64,000 nucleotides of DNA from Spirochaetia bacterium (GTDB lineage: Bacteria; Spirochaetota; Spirochaetia; DSM-2461). Location: NCBI GenBank assembly GCA_963668315.1, contig OY764216.1, positions 2,336,001 through 2,400,000 of the forward strand, in the 5' to 3' direction. The notes beneath the pieces are model-generated. The model was given only the letters and a program-made list of their open reading frames with translations. It did not search any database and was not told the origin of the DNA. Numbering within the stretch: the first letter of the stretch is position 1; each line of letters begins with the position of its first letter. Of the stretch, positions 59,680-64,000 are shown piece after piece. The translations under genes were made by a program, and so were the position numbers.

Positions 59680-61416
59680 CTAATGGGAATTTCCTCGATT
59701 TTTCCTGGCGTAATCCTTTTTTCCGGCTGGTTTTGAGGACTTATACTCTTTTTTAGCCGGTTTGGAATCCAATTCCTTCACCTTAAGACGGCGTCCTTTA
59801 TAGCTTGATCTTTTCAAGCCGGATAGAAGGGGGCCCACCATGGAATTTTCCACATAGACGATGGAACTCGACGGTCCGATATTGATTTTTCCAATCCCGA
59901 TTTTATCACCCTTGCAGTGCCTGTTGATCAGGCCGATGATATCGGGGGGAATGATATTGTCCCGTTTTCCCACGCTGATGGAAACGGGAATAAATTCGCC
60001 CGGTTCATCTCTCCGGCTTTCCCGGGGCTCGGAACGGAATTCACCTTTGCGGTTATCTCTCCGATCACGATCACGATCACGATCACGTGAAGCGGGGGAG
60101 ACAAGATCCTTTTCCTTCCCATAATATTCCAGGAAGCGGTTGAACTCAAGAGAAATGAAACGATGGATAATCTCTTCCCTGCTCAGTCCGGCGAATTTTT
60201 CCTCCACCGCTTCCAGGTAGGGGCCGATCTGTTCTTCATCCACCCGTACTCCCACGGCCCTTTCGATAAGCAGCATCAGCTGGGATTCGCAGATATCACG
60301 TCCGGTGGGTACGTCCTTGAACTCAATATGACGGCCCAGAACTTTTTCGATCTTTCTTATCCGGTATTTTTCCTTCATATTGATGATCGCGTAGGAGCAG
60401 CCCTTATTACCCGCCCTGCCGGTACGTCCGCTTCTGTGATTGTAGACTTCTATCTCGTCGGGAAGGTCGAAGTGTATGACATGGGTCAGGTCGTTTACGT
60501 CCAGTCCCCGGGCGGCGATATCGGTGGCGACAAGCAGCTGAAGGCTTCTGTCACGGAACTTCTTCATGACGTATTCACGCTGATTCTGGGACAGATCGCC
60601 GTGAAGGGCGTCGGTAGGATAGCCCTCTTTTATCATTTTGTCGGCAATCTGCTGGCAGGCTACCCGGGTCCGGCAGAAAATGATGCCGTATATTCCGGGA
60701 TTTCCGTCCACAAGACGCTTCAGAGCCTTGTATTTGTCCTTGGCATGGACCATGTAGCAGCTGTGCTCAACATTGGGATTTCCCTTGTTTTTCTCACCCG
60801 CCGTGATCTCCGCCGGTTCTTTCATATACTCCCGGGCGATCCGGGCCACTTCGGCAGGCATGGTGGCCGAAAGGAGAAGAGACTGCCTTTCGGCGGGAGC
60901 CGCTTCCAGAATCGCGTCGAGCTCATCCTTGAAGCCCATGTTCAGCATGACATCAGCTTCGTCAAGGACGAGAAAACGCAGTTTATCCAGCTGTGCCGCT
61001 CCCTTTTTGATCAGGTCAAGAAGACGGCCCGGGGTGGCGATGATAATCTGAGAACCCTCCCTGAGCGCTTTCAGCTGGGGGGGGAACGGGGCGCCTCCGT
61101 AAACGGGAGTCAGCCTGACCCCTTTCATATAACGGGCGAACTTCTCCATCTCTCCGGCGATCTGCATACACAGTTCCCTGGTGGGGGACAGAATGAGTCC
61201 CTGGGTGAATTTTTCATTCTCGTTGATTAAGTTGAGCATGGGAAGGCCGAAGGCGGCGGTTTTTCCCGATCCGGTCTCGGCCAGTCCGATAAGATCTCCC
61301 TGATCGGACAGTATCCGGGGAATAACCTTCTCCTGGATGGGGGTCGGCGTTTCATAGCCCATGGCTTCTATTGCCTTGAGAAGCTCTTCTCTCAGGGCCA
61401 GTTCGTTAAATGTCAA
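59680..61416 (-). CDS. DEAD-box RNA helicase with DbpA-type C-terminal RBD
   Basis: Q motif, AETGSGKT, PTREL, DEAD, SAT and HRSGRTGRAG; TTG start after GGAGGAG. Confidence 0.95.
   Translation of the reverse strand: MTFNELALREELLKAIEAMGYETPTPIQEKVIPRILSDQGDLIGLAETGSGKTAAFGLPMLNLINENEKFTQGLILSPTRELCMQIAGEMEKFARYMKGVRLTPVYGGAPFPPQLKALREGSQIIIATPGRLLDLIKKGAAQLDKLRFLVLDEADVMLNMGFKDELDAILEAAPAERQSLLLSATMPAEVARIAREYMKEPAEITAGEKNKGNPNVEHSCYMVHAKDKYKALKRLVDGNPGIYGIIFCRTRVACQQIADKMIKEGYPTDALHGDLSQNQREYVMKKFRDRSLQLLVATDIAARGLDVNDLTHVIHFDLPDEIEVYNHRSGRTGRAGNKGCSYAIINMKEKYRIRKIEKVLGRHIEFKDVPTGRDICESQLMLLIERAVGVRVDEEQIGPYLEAVEEKFAGLSREEIIHRFISLEFNRFLEYYGKEKDLVSPASRDRDRDRDRRDNRKGEFRSEPRESRRDEPGEFIPVSISVGKRDNIIPPDIIGLINRHCKGDKIGIGKINIGPSSSIVYVENSMVGPLLSGLKRSSYKGRRLKVKELDSKPAKKEYKSSKPAGKKDYARKNRGNSH
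60062..60087. repeat. Coding hexamer repeat (CGATCA)x4 encoding an Arg-Asp tract
   Basis: CGATCACGATCACGATCACGATCACG in the helicase linker. Confidence 0.7.
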
Positions 61417-61582
61417 ATGTGATTTCTCCTCCCCGGATAGGGTGCCGGATGGTGTAATTAATTCGGACACCGGGGTACATGTTTTTATCGGTCCGAAAGG
61501 ATAGGCGGACCTTGTTTGATTAAATATCCGCTGCATATTAAGTTAAAGATTCATCCCTGTCAAGGAGGGCAGGCTGGAAAAG

Positions 61583-62362
61583 CTAAAATATGATGCCTCC
61601 TTCCATGGTGACCCTTACGAATCCCTGGGCCCCGAAGTAGTCGTTTTCGAATCCCTCTCCCGTCTCTCCGGAGAAGAGATAGGCTTCCGGATTAAGCTGA
61701 AGTCCCAGGCGCAGGTGATCCGTATGGAGCAGGTCCACTCCCGCGCAGACACCCAGGGAAAGTCCCCCCACCGTATCGCTGAATATGGTGTCGCCTCCGG
61801 CGGTGAGGGGATTCTCGAAGGACCAGGTCATATAAATCCCCCCTATGCGGGCTCCGGCGTAGGGAGAGAAAAATGTCATTCCCCGAAACGGATATAACCG
61901 CCCCTCAAGCCCCGCATTCAGGAGAAGCGCGCTCTGGCCTATGGACAGATAGACCGGGTGGTGCTTATCCGTCTCCAGTGAGTGAATTCCGCCGTAGACC
62001 AGCAAATCCACCAGGCCCTCTCCTTCAAAGCCCAGGGCAATCTCCAGTCCTCTTTGACGGGAAAAGTAGGGGGAGCCCCCCAGACTGTCGCCGTAGCGAA
62101 GTGCCAGCTCCAGGGGGCCGTTATAGGGATCTCCGGCCGTGTCGCCCGTATAGGGGTCATCGTTATCGGGGTAGTAATCGTCGTCATCGTCCCTTTCCCA
62201 CCAGGGATCGGGATCATCGGGGACTTCCCGGCTGCCTTCGTGGTCGTCCCGGGCTTTGTCCATGGCATCGGAGAGGCTCCCCCTGCTGCGGGGGGAACCG
62301 GTTGTGCACCCGGTCAGACCGAGCAGGCTTATGGTTAAGCAGAGGCATATCACTCTTTTCAT
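61583..62362 (-). CDS. Putative lipoprotein with outer-membrane beta-barrel-like domain
   Basis: Lipobox LLGLTGC; acidic linker; amphipathic beta-strands (PYAGARIG); terminal Phe. Confidence 0.65.
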   Translation of the reverse strand: MKRVICLCLTISLLGLTGCTTGSPRSRGSLSDAMDKARDDHEGSREVPDDPDPWWERDDDDDYYPDNDDPYTGDTAGDPYNGPLELALRYGDSLGGSPYFSRQRGLEIALGFEGEGLVDLLVYGGIHSLETDKHHPVYLSIGQSALLLNAGLEGRLYPFRGMTFFSPYAGARIGGIYMTWSFENPLTAGGDTIFSDTVGGLSLGVCAGVDLLHTDHLRLGLQLNPEAYLFSGETGEGFENDYFGAQGFVRVTMEGGIIF

Positions 62363-62368
62363 ATAACT

Positions 62369-62398
62369 ATTATAGTTCACGGGAGGGTTAAAATACAA
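62369..62398 (-). promoter_or_regulatory. sigma70 promoter abutting the lipoprotein start
   Basis: TTGTAT-N18-TATAAT; 6 nt to ATG; no SD. Confidence 0.6.
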
Positions 62399-62504
62399 AA
62401 AAACGTAGAGTGGGACATTATATGTCCCTCCCCCTGTCCTATCCTGTATGCGAAGCGGGGAAGGGAATCCGGAAGGGCCGCCCCGCCTCATAAGGAGGAC
62501 AGAT

Positions 62505-62690
62505 ATGATCTGGCAGAATATCATCAATCACATTCTCGCGCTTTTCTCTCTGGCTGTTCTGGGATTTACCCTGCCGGCCCTTGTCGTTTCCATCGGGCAG
62601 CTCTGGAGGAAGGAGAGCGGGATTAAAGGACAAAAAGGGAAAAAACCGCCAGTTCCCGGGGATCGGACGCCCGGTAGTTTACCGTCGTAG
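62505..62690 (+). CDS. Putative small single-TM protein (61 aa)
   Basis: SD TAAGGAGG 6 nt upstream; hydrophobic helix followed by a basic tail. Confidence 0.45.
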   Translation: MIWQNIINHILALFSLAVLGFTLPALVVSIGQLWRKESGIKGQKGKKPPVPGDRTPGSLPS

Positions 62691-63417
62691 GATCGGTCAG
62701 AGTCGCTCCGGGGAAATGGGACATACGGAAAGCTTTGAAATGGTCACGGAAAGTCACATCCACATTCACGGGGAACTCCGGTTTGAAGCGGATGGACTTT
62801 CTGTTCTCCACGGCAGACCGGGCGGACTCTTCTATCAGGGCGACCGCCTTGTCGGGGTGCATATTGAATGTCGCTCCGCCCACGCCTTTCTTCACGGCGA
62901 CCGTGGCGATATTCTCCACAAAATCGGCGGCATTGCGGCATTGCAGATGATCGCTCGATATAAAGAGGGGAGGCACGCTGTAGCCGGAGGCGATGAGGGC
63001 ATGGAGTTCGAACTCCCCGGCCGGCCGGCCGTTTATCCTGACCGTGTAGGGCTGTGTGGTCATGGTGTGGGAGAGGGGATTGCCTTCAAGGCCGCTTCCC
63101 GAGTGGTAGCCCACGAACATGATGCCGTCGAAGCTCTCATCCAGACCGGAGATCATAATGTCCGGATCGCCCGTCCAGCCCCGGATGAGAGTCGCCTCCC
63201 GGGGAAGATCTTCGGGAATGATATTTCTGCCCGAGGAGTGGGCGTCCTTGACGAAAATCTCCGTGGCGCCTCCCGCCAGGGCTCCCCGGCAGCAGGCGGC
63301 CGTTTCCCTTGTCATCTGACGGGCGAAGGGTGAGTAGTCGGCCTTGCCCTTTTCCGTTTCATCCCAGTGGGTGACGCCTGTCACCCCTTCTATGTCGGCG
63401 CTGATAAAAATTTTCAC
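62623..63417 (-). CDS. dppA: M55 family D-aminopeptidase
   Basis: ISADIEG, VKDAH, FVGYH, LSHT and GEF zinc ligands; GTG start. Confidence 0.92.
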   Translation of the reverse strand: MKIFISADIEGVTGVTHWDETEKGKADYSPFARQMTRETAACCRGALAGGATEIFVKDAHSSGRNIIPEDLPREATLIRGWTGDPDIMISGLDESFDGIMFVGYHSGSGLEGNPLSHTMTTQPYTVRINGRPAGEFELHALIASGYSVPPLFISSDHLQCRNAADFVENIATVAVKKGVGGATFNMHPDKAVALIEESARSAVENRKSIRFKPEFPVNVDVTFRDHFKAFRMSHFPGATLTDPTTVNYRASDPRELAVFSLFVL

Positions 63418-63422
63418 GATGA

Positions 63423-64000
63423 TTACTCCCGGTTATGATTTTCTATGATTTCCAGAGTGCGAAGTGTGCTGTTCATCCGGCATTGCACCCCGTAGGGCAG
63501 GGCCATCTGATTGTTGACATGGCCGAAGGAGACGTTCATGAGAACCGGTTTTCCCTCCGGTGCGATGATCTCCCGGAAAATTTCTTCCAGTGTCAGGGAA
63601 TAATCGGGATTATTCGGTTCGCACCGGGTCCACGTCCCGAGAAGTACTCCCCGGCAGCGGCGGAATTTTCCGGCCAGCCTCAGAGCCGTCAGCATGCGGT
63701 CTATCCGGTAGGGCTCCTCATCGATGTCTTCGATAAAGAAGATACGGTCTTTTGTCTCAACTTCGTAGGGAGAGCCCAGAGTGGCGGCCAGCAGACTCAG
63801 GTTGCCCCCGGTGAGCGGACCCTCCGCTGATCCCGGGACAAGTGAGACCGGTTCAATGCCGGGAGGATTCACTCTCCGGCCGAGGGGATTCGGGGAAAAC
63901 AGGATCTCCTCGGCGGCTCGGTCGGCATAGGCGTCGGCGGGGGAAATTCCCATGGGGCCATGATAGGTCACCAGGCCGCATTTCTGGTGGAGGGCGATAT
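63423..64000 (-). CDS. S66 family LD-carboxypeptidase (5' end outside window)
   Basis: TYHGP, GGNLSLL, FFIEDI and FGH. Confidence 0.9.
   Translation of the reverse strand, partial: IALHQKCGLVTYHGPMGISPADAYADRAAEEILFSPNPLGRRVNPPGIEPVSLVPGSAEGPLTGGNLSLLAATLGSPYEVETKDRIFFIEDIDEEPYRIDRMLTALRLAGKFRRCRGVLLGTWTRCEPNNPDYSLTLEEIFREIIAPEGKPVLMNVSFGHVNNQMALPYGVQCRMNSTLRTLEIIENHNRE

Noticed and set aside
60062..60087. (CGATCA)n as a phase-variation tract
   Set aside because: In-frame hexamer encoding an RD low-complexity linker; slippage would not shift the frame
62461..62490. Cobalamin riboswitch-like AAGGGAATCCGG..GCCCCGC
   Set aside because: T-loop, ACUG and B12-box elements are missing; region too short; no B12-related gene downstream
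1..64000. CRISPR arrays, IS/transposases, integrases, prophage genes, tRNA/rRNA
   Set aside because: No spaced repeat arrays, mobile-element motifs or such RNA genes were recognised

Overview
Core-chromosome segment of a free-living Spirochaetales bacterium. The taxonomic call is inferred from an ~900-aa GreA, tandem FlaB flagellins, a PlzA-like PilZ protein, flgN-flgK-flgL-fliW-csrA and FAxG/WSxG-type SBP signal peptides. Contents in order: ttcA; SulP; amino-acid racemase + YfcC + AgcS transporters; ugpBAE and a GT4 glycosyltransferase; a cellodextrin/beta-glycoside cluster (ABC, 2 ROK, GH1, GH94, GH3, AraC); argR-C-B-D-G with tandem ARG boxes; FapA; greA; recB-recD without recC; a translationally coupled pair of class III nucleotidyl-cyclase-like genes; flagellar operons; tsaE/tsaB; 6S RNA; zapA/zapB-like; infC-rpmI-rplT; a DEAD-box helicase; a lipoprotein; and dppA/S66 peptidases. 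No mobile element, tRNA, rRNA or CRISPR array was seen. The best candidate for an undescribed system is the split cyclase pair (41128-43004): one subunit keeps both metal-binding Asp residues, the other is a receiver-domain pseudo-cyclase, and neither has a canonical A/G specificity residue. Other notable signals are a small membrane-protein ORF with an SD-sequestering hairpin, several apparently leaderless genes, a CTG-initiated tsaE, and an identical CsrA-type hairpin in both flagellin leaders. All calls come from motif reading; no searches were run.
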